DNA from: Tunturiibacter phage Tunturi_3
DNA: 24,000 nucleotides
Sequence record: PP885686.1
Reading direction: 5' to 3' (one strand)
The notes under the pieces are model-generated. The model ran no database searches, was not told the origin of the DNA, and worked only from the letters and a program-made list of their open reading frames with translations. Of this stretch, positions 1 through 8,208 are shown one piece after another; the first letter of the stretch is position 1; every line of letters starts with the position of its first letter. The position numbers and the translations under genes are program-made.

Positions 1-716
1 TATCGGGCATTGCTGCCGTGGATCTTCTCGGTCACCACAACCTGCTCTCCATCGCGGATGTAGCCGGTGTGATTGCGGAGGGACTCGACATCGTACGTCG
101 GGAGGAAGAAGGGCACATCCCGAGTAAGCTCGGTGATACGTCCTTTGTTCAGGATGGCACGCTTCAGGAAGCTGACCCATCCACGGAGCGAACGAGGGTA
201 GCGGAACTTACGCTTGGGTCCAGCAGCTTGCTGTTGCTGAGTAACAGGACCGGACACCTCAGGATCATAATGCGTAACCCCAATAAGATCGGATACGTCG
301 TCTCCAGTGACAAGGCCCTGTCGGAGATTGCCACGTTCGTCAACAAGTTCAGCGAAGTCAACAAGAGGAAGAAGAAGTCCCTCACTCCACTGTTTACGAA
401 ACTTCCGCACCGTGATTCTGCGCTTGGACTCGGGCACCAGTTCGAGCTTCTCGATCTCACCCTCGGTGACCTTCGAGCCCCAGATGAACTGAAAGGGAGG
501 CGTCTGCGGGACGACGGAATCCGGCTGGATGAACACGCCGTAGTCTCCGATGGAGAACTGGCCCTTGCGAACAACCACTTGGTAAGAGGTGCCCGGAATG
601 TCGATGAGTTCAAGGTCAGTCGTCTCTGGGTCTGGGTGCTGTCGGACGATGCCGGAAATGATACGGATGATGTTGACACGATGGTTTGACTTCTTCTCTT
701 CAGACATTTCGATCAT
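1..716 (-). CDS. RNA ligase, DRB0094/Rnl5-like (N-terminal part, truncated by window edge)
   Basis: Open minus frame from ATG at 716 (or 707) to the window edge, reading MIEMSEEKKSNHRVNIIRIISG...YQVVVRKGQFSIGDYGVFIQPDSVVPQ...EQVVVTEKIHGSNAR. KIHGSN is nucleotidyltransferase motif I (KxHGxN). AGGAG upstream. Not in the supplied track because no stop lies inside the window. Confidence 0.85.
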   Translation of the reverse strand, partial: MIEMSEEKKSNHRVNIIRIISGIVRQHPDPETTDLELIDIPGTSYQVVVRKGQFSIGDYGVFIQPDSVVPQTPPFQFIWGSKVTEGEIEKLELVPESKRRITVRKFRKQWSEGLLLPLVDFAELVDERGNLRQGLVTGDDVSDLIGVTHYDPEVSGPVTQQQQAAGPKRKFRYPRSLRGWVSFLKRAILNKGRITELTRDVPFFLPTYDVESLRNHTGYIRDGEQVVVTEKIHGSNAR

Positions 717-764
717 CTCTCCTGAGATAGGTTGTGTTGCGTTGAGGTTGTTTGATGCCGGAAG

Positions 765-935
765 CTAGAAGCCGGATTCAAGATTCTCGGAAAGCTCTGG
801 ATCGTATCCCAAAGGATCGTACCAGCAGTCAGGGCGCTGAGGCCACGGCAGTTCGCCGGTTGCATATGCGGTGTAGTTGATACTTAGGTCCCTGTAGTAC
901 TCCCCGAGTGCGTTGCTTACGTGTGCTTCTGGCAT
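765..935 (-). CDS. hypothetical 56-aa protein (MPEAHVSNALGEYYRDLSINYTAYATGELPWPQRPDCWYDPLGYDPELSENLESGF)
   Basis: Hand translation; fills the gap between the RNA ligase and the 935-1117 gene, with the ATG touching the upstream stop. Confidence 0.5.
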   Translation of the reverse strand: MPEAHVSNALGEYYRDLSINYTAYATGELPWPQRPDCWYDPLGYDPELSENLESGF

Positions 936-1117
936 TATTTATCTTTCCCTTCCCAGTTGTAGGTGTCTATGAAGCCGTGTCGGTTGTTGAGCATAAAGGT
1001 AGCCCCTATTGCGGTTGCCCCTGCCCAGTTCTTGAGCGCCTGCCAGAAACGTTGCTCCGGGTGTTCGATACAGTATCCAATAAAGGACCGGAGCAAGTCA
1101 ATGTTTTTATTTCTCAA
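935..1117 (-). CDS. hypothetical protein, 60 aa
   Basis: ORF track; packed in the minus-strand array. Confidence 0.5.
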   Translation of the reverse strand: MRNKNIDLLRSFIGYCIEHPEQRFWQALKNWAGATAIGATFMLNNRHGFIDTYNWEGKDK

Positions 1118-1449
1118 TTGTAAGGTCGCTCGCTTACGTCTCGGAACATCAGCTTCCCTACCTTTGTCAGCAGGTATAACTCGGTCGGACGGCCCATCTC
1201 CTCGGAGAGCTTCATCTCCACATGCTTGTAGTTGGGACCTTCCGGCCCTGACTCCCCTTCGGCACGGATGAAGAGACCTAGACCAACCATGTCGGCCATC
1301 TCCTGAGCGAACACAGCCAGCTTCTTAGCAGTCTCCTCGTCATCATCGTATTTCACCCCAACGATGACTGCGTAGGGAAGCTCTTTGCCCGAGTCGGCTA
1401 GCTTGCGAAGGACATCAGCTTGGTACTGAGATATTTGGTAGAATTCCAA
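1114..1449 (-). CDS. hypothetical protein, 111 aa
   Basis: ORF track; 4-nt overlap with the next gene. Confidence 0.65.
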   Translation of the reverse strand: MEFYQISQYQADVLRKLADSGKELPYAVIVGVKYDDDEETAKKLAVFAQEMADMVGLGLFIRAEGESGPEGPNYKHVEMKLSEEMGRPTELYLLTKVGKLMFRDVSERPYN

Positions 1450-1671
1450 TTACGCCACCTCGATAGTGACTTTGGTTCTCGCAGGAACGAGAGTGCAGTA
1501 GACGTCGCTAAGGGTGTTTCCATCCTCAAGACGGACGAACTGTCTATTAGTGAGCTTGTCGTTGACGATGTAAATGTTACCAGCCTGAGTACGTACCAAG
1601 GTACCGGGACGGAGAGTCTGGGCATTTATTGAAGCGGGAAGTGACTCGTTGCTTACGGTTACTGTGTTCAT
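1450..1671 (-). CDS. hypothetical protein, 73 aa
   Basis: ORF track; ATG overlaps the helicase stop; promoter-like sequence just upstream. Confidence 0.6.
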   Translation of the reverse strand: MNTVTVSNESLPASINAQTLRPGTLVRTQAGNIYIVNDKLTNRQFVRLEDGNTLSDVYCTLVPARTKVTIEVA

Positions 1672-3413
1672 CGTTTCTCCGATTCTTTGAGTGAGTTGAT
1701 TATCTTCGATGCCCGGCCTTGTGTCAAGTCCGGTGGTAAAGAAGGAAGCTGCTTACCTTGTTCCTTTGCCAACTTCTTGATCAGCCAGATCTGCTTCTTA
1801 CTTGCCGGTACATGATGCCAAGGCTCATCCTGCGTCAAGATCTTCAGTGACTCAGGAAGCTTGTCTTGGATCAGCCCGTCAGCTACGGAGAAGATCTCAC
1901 CAACCGTATTACGTTCGGCTCTGTACTTCTGCTTCTTTAGTACGCCCTTCAGTTCCCACTTGTCAAGAAGATTCTGAGTGATGGTTAGCCGTTCGTCGTT
2001 TGGTAGCCGGAGGGTGTACCCACCGAGTACTGCAGGCATCCAGCTAAGAATACTGTTGGTCTCTACGTCTCTAGGCAATGGTACATCAAACAAGTTCACT
2101 CTGTCAACGAAGGACTGGATGGAGTTGATATCCGGCAACTGGCTAAAGTCGATGGACGGATAATCTCTCGCCGCATCTTCCATCTGCTTGATTGCCCAGA
2201 CGACTCCTCGTCCCTTCAGATCCATTGTAACAGGTAGACCCATCAGCGTAGGCAACGTGAGCAGAGAGTTACCACGGCTCGCGTCCACAACGTCAATGAC
2301 GATTAGACTATCCTTGCCTGCGAAGAGCCTTGTTCCCCTACCAACCATTTGACTGTATAGGACCCCAGATCTGGTTGGTCTAGCGAGCAAGATACACGAA
2401 ACGGGTGGATCGTCATAGCCTTCCGTAAGGATGCCACAGTTGAGCAGAACGGGATACTCTCCGGCCTGATGCCTTTCGAGCTTCGACTTTCTGTCAGGAT
2501 CTTCTCCCCATATGTATTCAGCGTCAATATGATAATGCTGGAACATTTCGCATAGGTCGTGTGCGTGTTGGATGTCGGCAGTAAAGCCAATAGTCCTGCG
2601 TCCTTCTCCGTGATCCAACCATGCCTTGACCACGAGTTGATTGCGTTCAGGATTATTGATCGCGTCCGAAAGTGACCCAAGCGAGAAATCACCGCCCGAT
2701 TGCTTGACTTGCGAAAGGTCGGTCTTGGTGTTGATCCTGATGCCCGAAGGCTCGACAAGGTATCCTTCCTCGACTGCCCTGCGCAGAGAGTATTCGTACA
2801 CAATCTTCCGAAACACCTTAGCCAGAGCTTCCCCATCCGCTCTCTGCGGCGTAGCAGTAAAGCCGACGTGAAGCTTATGAGTGTCGTGTCGTAAGACATC
2901 GGCTTCCGTGTAGATCCTGATGTAACTCTCGGCGGTAGCATGGTGCGCTTCATCGGTGATAACTTTATCGAACTTATCCCACGCGAACCTAGATATACGA
3001 GTCGATCCAGCGCGTCCCAATGTAGCGACCGACGCAACAACGACATCCGAGTTTTCGTTGGCATAGTCTGTTCCCATTTCCTTAGATACTGTCAAGCTTG
3101 GGTTAGCGGCGTTGATAGACTTGATCGCCTGATCGATCAGTTCGTCTCTATGTGCTAATACAAGCATTCTACCGGGCAGCTTAGCTTTCATCTTCTCGGG
3201 TATGCCAGAGAATACGTAAGTCTTGCCAGTCCCGGTAGCGGATACTATAGCTTGTTGGCGAATGCCTGCATCATAGCTCGTTCCCATCGCTACATGCATC
3301 TCGCCTTGATATGGTCTGTCTGTTGACAATGGCGTATTTCTTTCCGTTCTCCTGCGCGTATTTATACGCAGCGAATACTGTCTCTGGAACACTGTGAGGG
3401 TAGGTCCACACAT
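1668..3413 (-). CDS. DEAD/DEAH-box superfamily 2 helicase (true N-terminus uncertain)
   Basis: SATGTGKTYVF (motif I), DEAHH (motif II), VGFTATPQR (motif III), QMVGRGTRLF (motif VI) and RPYQ near the N-terminus. Confidence 0.9.
   Translation of the reverse strand: MCGPTLTVFQRQYSLRINTRRRTERNTPLSTDRPYQGEMHVAMGTSYDAGIRQQAIVSATGTGKTYVFSGIPEKMKAKLPGRMLVLAHRDELIDQAIKSINAANPSLTVSKEMGTDYANENSDVVVASVATLGRAGSTRISRFAWDKFDKVITDEAHHATAESYIRIYTEADVLRHDTHKLHVGFTATPQRADGEALAKVFRKIVYEYSLRRAVEEGYLVEPSGIRINTKTDLSQVKQSGGDFSLGSLSDAINNPERNQLVVKAWLDHGEGRRTIGFTADIQHAHDLCEMFQHYHIDAEYIWGEDPDRKSKLERHQAGEYPVLLNCGILTEGYDDPPVSCILLARPTRSGVLYSQMVGRGTRLFAGKDSLIVIDVVDASRGNSLLTLPTLMGLPVTMDLKGRGVVWAIKQMEDAARDYPSIDFSQLPDINSIQSFVDRVNLFDVPLPRDVETNSILSWMPAVLGGYTLRLPNDERLTITQNLLDKWELKGVLKKQKYRAERNTVGEIFSVADGLIQDKLPESLKILTQDEPWHHVPASKKQIWLIKKLAKEQGKQLPSLPPDLTQGRASKIINSLKESEKR
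1699..1727 (-). promoter_or_regulatory. sigma70-like promoter TTGACA-N17-GATAAT inside the 3' end of the helicase gene
   Basis: -35 at 1722-1727, -10 at 1699-1704, 17-bp spacer. Confidence 0.55.
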
Positions 3414-3531
3414 GAACTCCGTTTACAACTTGCTCTGTAATTACATTGTTGTTCGCAGAAAAGGTACACATCTCACGGATGCTGTCTATGATGTTCTCTC
3501 CCGGCAATGAGCTTACCTTGATGGTTAGCAT
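3271..3531 (-). CDS. ORF starting MLTIKVSSLPGENIIDSIREMC...GKKYAIVNRQ, probably the N-terminal part of the helicase in a different frame
   Basis: Overlaps the start of the helicase ORF in another frame; its sequence is the kind expected just before the RPYQ/motif I region of phage helicases. Confidence 0.5.
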   Translation of the reverse strand: MLTIKVSSLPGENIIDSIREMCTFSANNNVITEQVVNGVHVWTYPHSVPETVFAAYKYAQENGKKYAIVNRQTISRRDACSDGNEL

Positions 3532-3680
3532 TCTTCTTCCTTCGGCCACGTGTACCAGTGCGACGTAGGAGTACCGTCTTCAGCAACGTCTCCATAGCAG
3601 GGATCTTCTCCGTAGCAGTAGATACAATCTCCACACACTTCACAGAAGACTTCTCCGCATTCTATTGTCCCGGTTTCCAT
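3525..3680 (-). CDS. Cys-rich 51-aa protein (METGTIECGEVFCEVCGDCIYCYGEDPCYGDVAEDGTPTSHWYTWPKEEEC)
   Basis: Hand translation; overlaps the downstream ATG in the string ATGCTAA; CxxxxCxxCxxCxxC metal-binding-like spacing. Confidence 0.55.
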   Translation of the reverse strand: METGTIECGEVFCEVCGDCIYCYGEDPCYGDVAEDGTPTSHWYTWPKEEEC

Positions 3681-3934
3681 CTAGGCCCCCATTCGAATAT
3701 CACGAAGATGTTATTCTCCGTCTTAGCTCCAGCAACGATCTTGAGGTGACCGTCGTGGTAGGCTGAGTGACATGACGCACAGAGCGTGACTAGGTTGTCC
3801 AGAGTATCCGCACCTTGTTGGCTCTGGTGTACAACGTGGTGAGGATGAATGCCGTTCCTATTTGAACAGTTACGGCACTTCCATTGGTCACGTTGGTACA
3901 CTGCTCTACTGACGGTAGGGTCTAGACCGGGCAA
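3662..3934 (-). CDS. HNH endonuclease
   Basis: CRNCSNRNGIHPHHVVHQSQQGADTLDNLVTLCASCHSAYHDG: CxxC..HHxxxxxxGGxxxxxNLxxLCxxCHxxxH pattern. Confidence 0.9.
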   Translation of the reverse strand: MPGLDPTVSRAVYQRDQWKCRNCSNRNGIHPHHVVHQSQQGADTLDNLVTLCASCHSAYHDGHLKIVAGAKTENNIFVIFEWGPRWKPGQ

Positions 3935-4214
3935 CTGGTTTCTTTCTGGTCGCAGTCTTGCGCTTGCGAACCTTGACTAGCTCTTCGCGAAACTTAGTTA
4001 GCATCTCGATAGCTTTGTCCAGCTTAGCTATAGGAGTACGTTTGTAGAAGTACCAAGTAATGCCTCGTTCGCAGTCGGACAGCTTCAAATCTGCCCAAGG
4101 AGATCCTCCATCGCGCTTTACGATCTTGTATGCAACCGTAGAGTCGCAGCCCAAGGGATCGATGTAGGCAATGTCTGAGGCAATTAGTTGATCTTTGTCT
4201 GGGTCTCTTGGCAT
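3906..4214 (-). CDS. hypothetical protein, 102 aa (MPRDPDKDQLIASDIAYIDPLG...)
   Basis: ORF track 3906..4283 trimmed to the internal ATG at 4214; basic C-terminus. Confidence 0.5.
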   Translation of the reverse strand: MPRDPDKDQLIASDIAYIDPLGCDSTVAYKIVKRDGGSPWADLKLSDCERGITWYFYKRTPIAKLDKAIEMLTKFREELVKVRKRKTATRKKPVARSRPYRQ

Positions 4215-4414
4215 CCGCAACCTCCTTCCTGAACGTCTTCCCGCGTAGCTTCCTCTGCTCCTTGGTAGAACCCTCCTGCACAAGCAATCGCCACCGATAG
4301 GAAGGCTATTGACTCGAAGTGAGTAGTTCCATGGTAGCTAGTAAGCAGGATCATCGGTACTGTTATGCTGACCAGTCCCGTCAGCGTTATCTTGATGTGT
4401 CGCTTCAGCGTCAT
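4184..4414 (-). CDS. small probable membrane protein, 76 aa
   Basis: Hydrophobic ITLTGLVSITVPMILLTSYHG...FLSVAIACAGGFYQG. Confidence 0.5.
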   Translation of the reverse strand: MTLKRHIKITLTGLVSITVPMILLTSYHGTTHFESIAFLSVAIACAGGFYQGAEEATREDVQEGGCGCQETQTKIN

Positions 4415-5120
4415 ATTCCTCTTCTGGCTCAGCAGAGTACAGCGTGTCTAATCCGTTTGCCGGATCAGCTAGGTAGCTAGCAAAGATCATCTCTGCAGCC
4501 TGCCCGTCTGTAGCGTCGTGACTGATACCTTCTTCGTCCTTGCTTACCGATCCTAGGTGAGCTTTCATTAGCTCTAAGGCTGGCTTAGCAGTGTTCTCTA
4601 TGGCAGATACCCGCATATACAAATGCAAGAACTCCATGTCATTCTCACCTACCAACCCCTTCAGAACCTTTACGTTCTTCTTGAGTCGTTCGGGATCTAT
4701 AAAGTCGCCGTCATCTTCCCGGTACTCTACAAAGCTCTTGATGAACTCGCTAACAGGAGTCATGTCCCCAGTAGTAGGGTTGGTCCATACTTCACTGGGC
4801 TCTAACGATGTGATCTCTCGAAGTCTCGCGATACCCAGTGGCTCATACTGGGATCGCGGAATACCGACTTCGGTCATGACACTAGCCATACGTGTCAGAT
4901 ACTGTGACTTGCGAGGCTTGAGCTTCAGACTCTTTCTGAACTCTTGGAAGGTATTGAAGGGTGCGTAGTATCCCTTCTTCTTGATCGTATATAGCAACTC
5001 CGCTACATCGAAGTTAGTCTTGTCGATGTTTACGATCAGTTCTTCCAGCCTGCGCTTCATAACTACAGCTTCACCAGCTACCGCCGTATCAACGATAACC
5101 ATAGGCGTAAATGGTTTCAA
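4338..5120 (-). CDS. hypothetical phage protein, about 260 aa, acidic C-terminus
   Basis: Long ORF in the array; FNTFQEFRKSLKLKPRKSQYLTRMA region may be DNA-binding. Confidence 0.75.
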   Translation of the reverse strand: MKPFTPMVIVDTAVAGEAVVMKRRLEELIVNIDKTNFDVAELLYTIKKKGYYAPFNTFQEFRKSLKLKPRKSQYLTRMASVMTEVGIPRSQYEPLGIARLREITSLEPSEVWTNPTTGDMTPVSEFIKSFVEYREDDGDFIDPERLKKNVKVLKGLVGENDMEFLHLYMRVSAIENTAKPALELMKAHLGSVSKDEEGISHDATDGQAAEMIFASYLADPANGLDTLYSAEPEEEYDAEATHQDNADGTGQHNSTDDPAY

Positions 5121-5121
5121 G

Positions 5122-5298
5122 TTACCTCTTCAGTGGTCGAAGCTCGTGCTCTATATGAACAGTGCATCCTCCGCATAGCTCAGCTAGCTTCCTAGTTCTG
5201 CGACTGTCTTTGTCGTACCCATTGTATAGGACCATACAGAAGTCATTCACCGGCACTCCGCATCTGTCGCATGTCTTTGTTACAGTCTCTGTGATCAT
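5122..5298 (-). CDS. 58-aa putative zinc-binding protein (MITETVTKTCDRCGVPVNDFCMVLYNGYDKDSRRTRKLAELCGGCTVHIEHELRPLKR)
   Basis: Hand translation of the gap; paired CxxC motifs (CDRC, CGGC). Confidence 0.6.
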   Translation of the reverse strand: MITETVTKTCDRCGVPVNDFCMVLYNGYDKDSRRTRKLAELCGGCTVHIEHELRPLKR

Positions 5299-5300
5299 GC

Positions 5301-5780
5301 TTACCTCCGTGCAACCTGAGTAGCCGTGTAGGGAACGCTGCTAACAGCCTGTGTCTGAGATTGTGCAGCCTGTGTCTGAGCCATCTTTTCCTTGATATCC
5401 ATTTGGTGGATAGAAAAGGCAATCTGGTCCCAGTTGTTCTCGAAGCGTACTCCCTTGTCGTCAATGTAGTAAGCCGCGCTTACCTTGCCCTTAGTGCCGT
5501 CATCGATCTCGTCAAAGGGAACACCGTTGGTGATAAGGAACTCCACCATGTCCTTGAAGACCTTGCGGTCTACAGCCGGTACATGAGGCTGGCCCTCGTA
5601 GTAGATATCCCAGTTCCACGAGCACGCTCGGCAGCTAGAGATAATGATCTTGTAACCAAGTGCCCGGAAGAGTAAGAGGGCTTCCTTAGCGCCGGGGATC
5701 AAAGGTCCAATGCCCGGATAGATCGACTTACAAATCGTCTGGTCGAAATCGACACAGATAGTTTTCTGTTCAGTTGCCAA
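5301..5780 (-). CDS. HAD-superfamily phosphatase-like protein
   Basis: ICVDFDQTIC motif I, IIISSCRA motif II region, AYYIDDKG motif IV-like. Confidence 0.8.
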   Translation of the reverse strand: MATEQKTICVDFDQTICKSIYPGIGPLIPGAKEALLLFRALGYKIIISSCRACSWNWDIYYEGQPHVPAVDRKVFKDMVEFLITNGVPFDEIDDGTKGKVSAAYYIDDKGVRFENNWDQIAFSIHQMDIKEKMAQTQAAQSQTQAVSSVPYTATQVARR

Positions 5781-5973
5781 AATGCTTCTCCTTTATTCGT
5801 CTCAGCTTCGCTTCATTACCTTCCCGCTCACGTTTTAGCTTAGCCTGCTTACAGGCCCAGCAGAAGTCCGCAAGTCCGTCGAAGTCATAGTTGTGCTCGA
5901 AGCAGTGCCGGTAGCGTAGACGAAGGTACTTACGCTTCAGTTTCGTGAATACCTTTGTGAAGATCGTTTTCAT
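5770..5973 (-). CDS. hypothetical basic protein, 67 aa
   Basis: ORF track; CWAC motif. Confidence 0.45.
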   Translation of the reverse strand: MKTIFTKVFTKLKRKYLRLRYRHCFEHNYDFDGLADFCWACKQAKLKREREGNEAKLRRIKEKHFGN

Positions 5974-7120
5974 AAGCCTCCTCTACTAGCTTCCATCCAG
6001 CCTTGCGGACGTTGACGATGTTGTTTGAATCGTCGTACTGCCCGTCTAGGATGGCGAAGCACAGACTAGCTAACCCTTTGTTAGCCGGGCTAAGAAAGAA
6101 TGCGGCCATGTCCTTACGGGACTCGCCAGTACTCAAAGCCTTCTTGACTAGATTACTAGCCATAGCAAGGTTGTAGAGGTAGACACCGTGGAAGTCTGTT
6201 CTCCACTTCTTGACGAAGTTAGACCGATCATCTTCCAACGTGGCTTCCCATACGTCCAGCGTTTCATGGTCGTTAGCCTTGAGCGCGTCCAAGATCTTCG
6301 CAGGCGTTGCTGCATGGAAGATAGCTTGATGACGCAGGAACGTAGGATGCTTGATCTTCAACTTCAGCGGCGGTCTGCCCGGTATCCGGTACGACGCCAC
6401 GAAGCCTTCTTTGTTCTCACGGTCAGAACGTATAGCATCACTAAGAGTAAGGCTAGGGTAGTTCTCCACCACGGCAAAGTTATTACGCTGCGCCCAGTAG
6501 CGCACACCCGTGTAGTGAAGCTCTTCGCCCGTTTCTTTGTGGATGAGACCGAGGAGTACAAGCTGTTGAGGATTCTCTTCATAGCTTACCGGGTGCTTCT
6601 GAATGTGCTCACATACAATTTCAAAGACGGGAGTATAACCATCCGGCCACTCGATACGTTTAGAGATGAGTCCGTACTCGTGGTTGTGGTACTCTATCGT
6701 CGCGAATACCGCTTGCTCCGAAGTGAACGAACCTTTGGTAGCAATACCGCGAATAAGAGTGCCAGTAGGATTGCTTGGCCCAGAAGACTCGTACTCATAG
6801 TAGACTCCGAAGCTTCCATCCACCTTGTCTAAGAAGGTAGGTTGTACATCCTTAGGTAGGTTCTCAAGGTGCGTCTCAGGACGATAACTTGTCCCGAGAT
6901 TGAAGGACTTCGCATACGGTCGAGAAACTACCTCACCATCATCGTCCACAATCAGACCACGGCACTTCTCCGTAACGTCGTCCCAGATGACTCCGTACTT
7001 CACCTCACGCGTATAGCAATACACGGTGAGGGGAAGGGTAGGATGTCGCCTACCCTCGATAGTTCCGTTGATGATGTGGTCATTGAACAGATCAATGTCC
7101 AGCAGTTCCCCTAGTTGCAT
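5930..7120 (-). CDS. T4 RNA ligase 1-like protein
   Basis: LDKVDGSFGV (motif I KxDG), CRGLIVD upstream, EGFVASY (motif IV), LKIKH (motif V). Confidence 0.85.
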   Translation of the reverse strand: MQLGELLDIDLFNDHIINGTIEGRRHPTLPLTVYCYTREVKYGVIWDDVTEKCRGLIVDDDGEVVSRPYAKSFNLGTSYRPETHLENLPKDVQPTFLDKVDGSFGVYYEYESSGPSNPTGTLIRGIATKGSFTSEQAVFATIEYHNHEYGLISKRIEWPDGYTPVFEIVCEHIQKHPVSYEENPQQLVLLGLIHKETGEELHYTGVRYWAQRNNFAVVENYPSLTLSDAIRSDRENKEGFVASYRIPGRPPLKLKIKHPTFLRHQAIFHAATPAKILDALKANDHETLDVWEATLEDDRSNFVKKWRTDFHGVYLYNLAMASNLVKKALSTGESRKDMAAFFLSPANKGLASLCFAILDGQYDDSNNIVNVRKAGWKLVEEAYENDLHKGIHETEA

Positions 7121-7131
7121 TGGTGCCTTTC

Positions 7132-7974
7132 TTAGAGAGTGATCTCTGTGTCTACGTACTCAGCATCGAGTACCGCACTGTTGATGTCCTGCTCAATCCC
7201 AGCTTCAGCTTCGGCCTGTGCCTCTTCGTCGCTAGGTGTATTCCGGTTGACGTACTGGAGATAAATGTCTCCGAACGCTTCACGCTCTTCTTCAGAGATC
7301 TTCTTGAAGTCTGAGAAGGTAGGAATCCAGCTAATATTCTTGCCGGTAGTAATCTGCTTCGTGCCGATGGTGAACTTGATGTCGAAGATGTTCGGCTTCT
7401 CACCCTGCGCCTTCAGCTTCGCGAAGGTACGAGCAAGTTGCAACATGCCAGCTTCGAACGGCTTCTTAGCAGTCGAGCGGATGAACATCTGCAAAGGCAT
7501 CTTGTAGACAGTATCCACAAGCAGAGCGTAGTAATACGCATCGCAGCCGGGGATATCGGACTTAGCCTTCGTCTCGCGCCAACGTGTCCAGTCCTGCTTA
7601 GGGCAGTTCTTACATAGCGGTGCCTGCGGATCGTTCGCCTTTGCGTCAGGACGAATCATGTCTCGCGAGAAGCACATAAGGTTCTCAGGAGAGCGATTCA
7701 GTTGTCCCGGCTCACCGACGTAATACGAACGCTGTTCGACCGGCATGAGGAGGAGTGTTACGTCCATCTTCTCGAACTGGTCACCAGTCTCAGAGACGCG
7801 AAGCAAGCCCTTGATGGCTCCATCTGCCTGTGTGCTGGGTTGGTTGATGTTGATTGTTGCGGGTTTCAGTTGGAAGAGCTTAGATCCAAAGTCCAGCCCA
7901 AGTCCACCCTGTTGTACTGCCAAGGCCGTAGACGTATTGTCCGACTGGCCAATGATCGATAATTCGTTGCTCAA
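7132..7974 (-). CDS. hypothetical phage protein, 280 aa, possible DNA-replication accessory with a CxxCxK cysteine cluster
   Basis: Long ORF next to a nuclease gene; TTG start preceded by AGGAA; contains LCKNCPKQDW. Confidence 0.75.
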   Translation of the reverse strand: MSNELSIIGQSDNTSTALAVQQGGLGLDFGSKLFQLKPATININQPSTQADGAIKGLLRVSETGDQFEKMDVTLLLMPVEQRSYYVGEPGQLNRSPENLMCFSRDMIRPDAKANDPQAPLCKNCPKQDWTRWRETKAKSDIPGCDAYYYALLVDTVYKMPLQMFIRSTAKKPFEAGMLQLARTFAKLKAQGEKPNIFDIKFTIGTKQITTGKNISWIPTFSDFKKISEEEREAFGDIYLQYVNRNTPSDEEAQAEAEAGIEQDINSAVLDAEYVDTEITL

Positions 7975-8046
7975 TCAATTCCTGTAACTTCATCGTGGCG
8001 CGGTTAGCCGCTTGTCCCACTACACTTACTGCCTTACTTCTCTACT

Positions 8047-8075
8047 ACTATATCACGCATCGTCGTCTGTGTCAA
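8047..8075 (-). promoter_or_regulatory. promoter TTGACA-N17-TATAGT with extended -10 TGA
   Basis: -35 at 8070-8075, -10 at 8047-8052; the TGA stop of the upstream micro-gene forms the extended -10. Confidence 0.65.
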
Positions 8076-8208
8076 GCTCTTTCTGAAAGCTTTTATCTTC
8101 GCATTCCTTACCACAGTAGTCGTGCGGGTAATCTGCATCGGAGCACGTTGTACAGTACTCATCGGAGCAGTACACGCAGGTTTGTATATGTGCTTTACCC
8201 TGTGACAT
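8053..8208 (-). CDS. Cys-rich 51-aa protein (MSQGKAHIQTCVYCSDEYCTTCSDADYPHDYCGKECEDKSFQKELDTDDDA)
   Basis: Hand translation; CxxC x4 CxxC and CxxxC spacing; sits between the nuclease gene and the 7974 gene. Confidence 0.6.
   Translation of the reverse strand: MSQGKAHIQTCVYCSDEYCTTCSDADYPHDYCGKECEDKSFQKELDTDDDA

Noticed and set aside
18-689. Long + strand ORF (223 aa)
   Set aside because: It is the antisense of the continuous minus-strand RNA ligase frame with a KIHGSN catalytic motif; all recognisable genes are on the minus strand.
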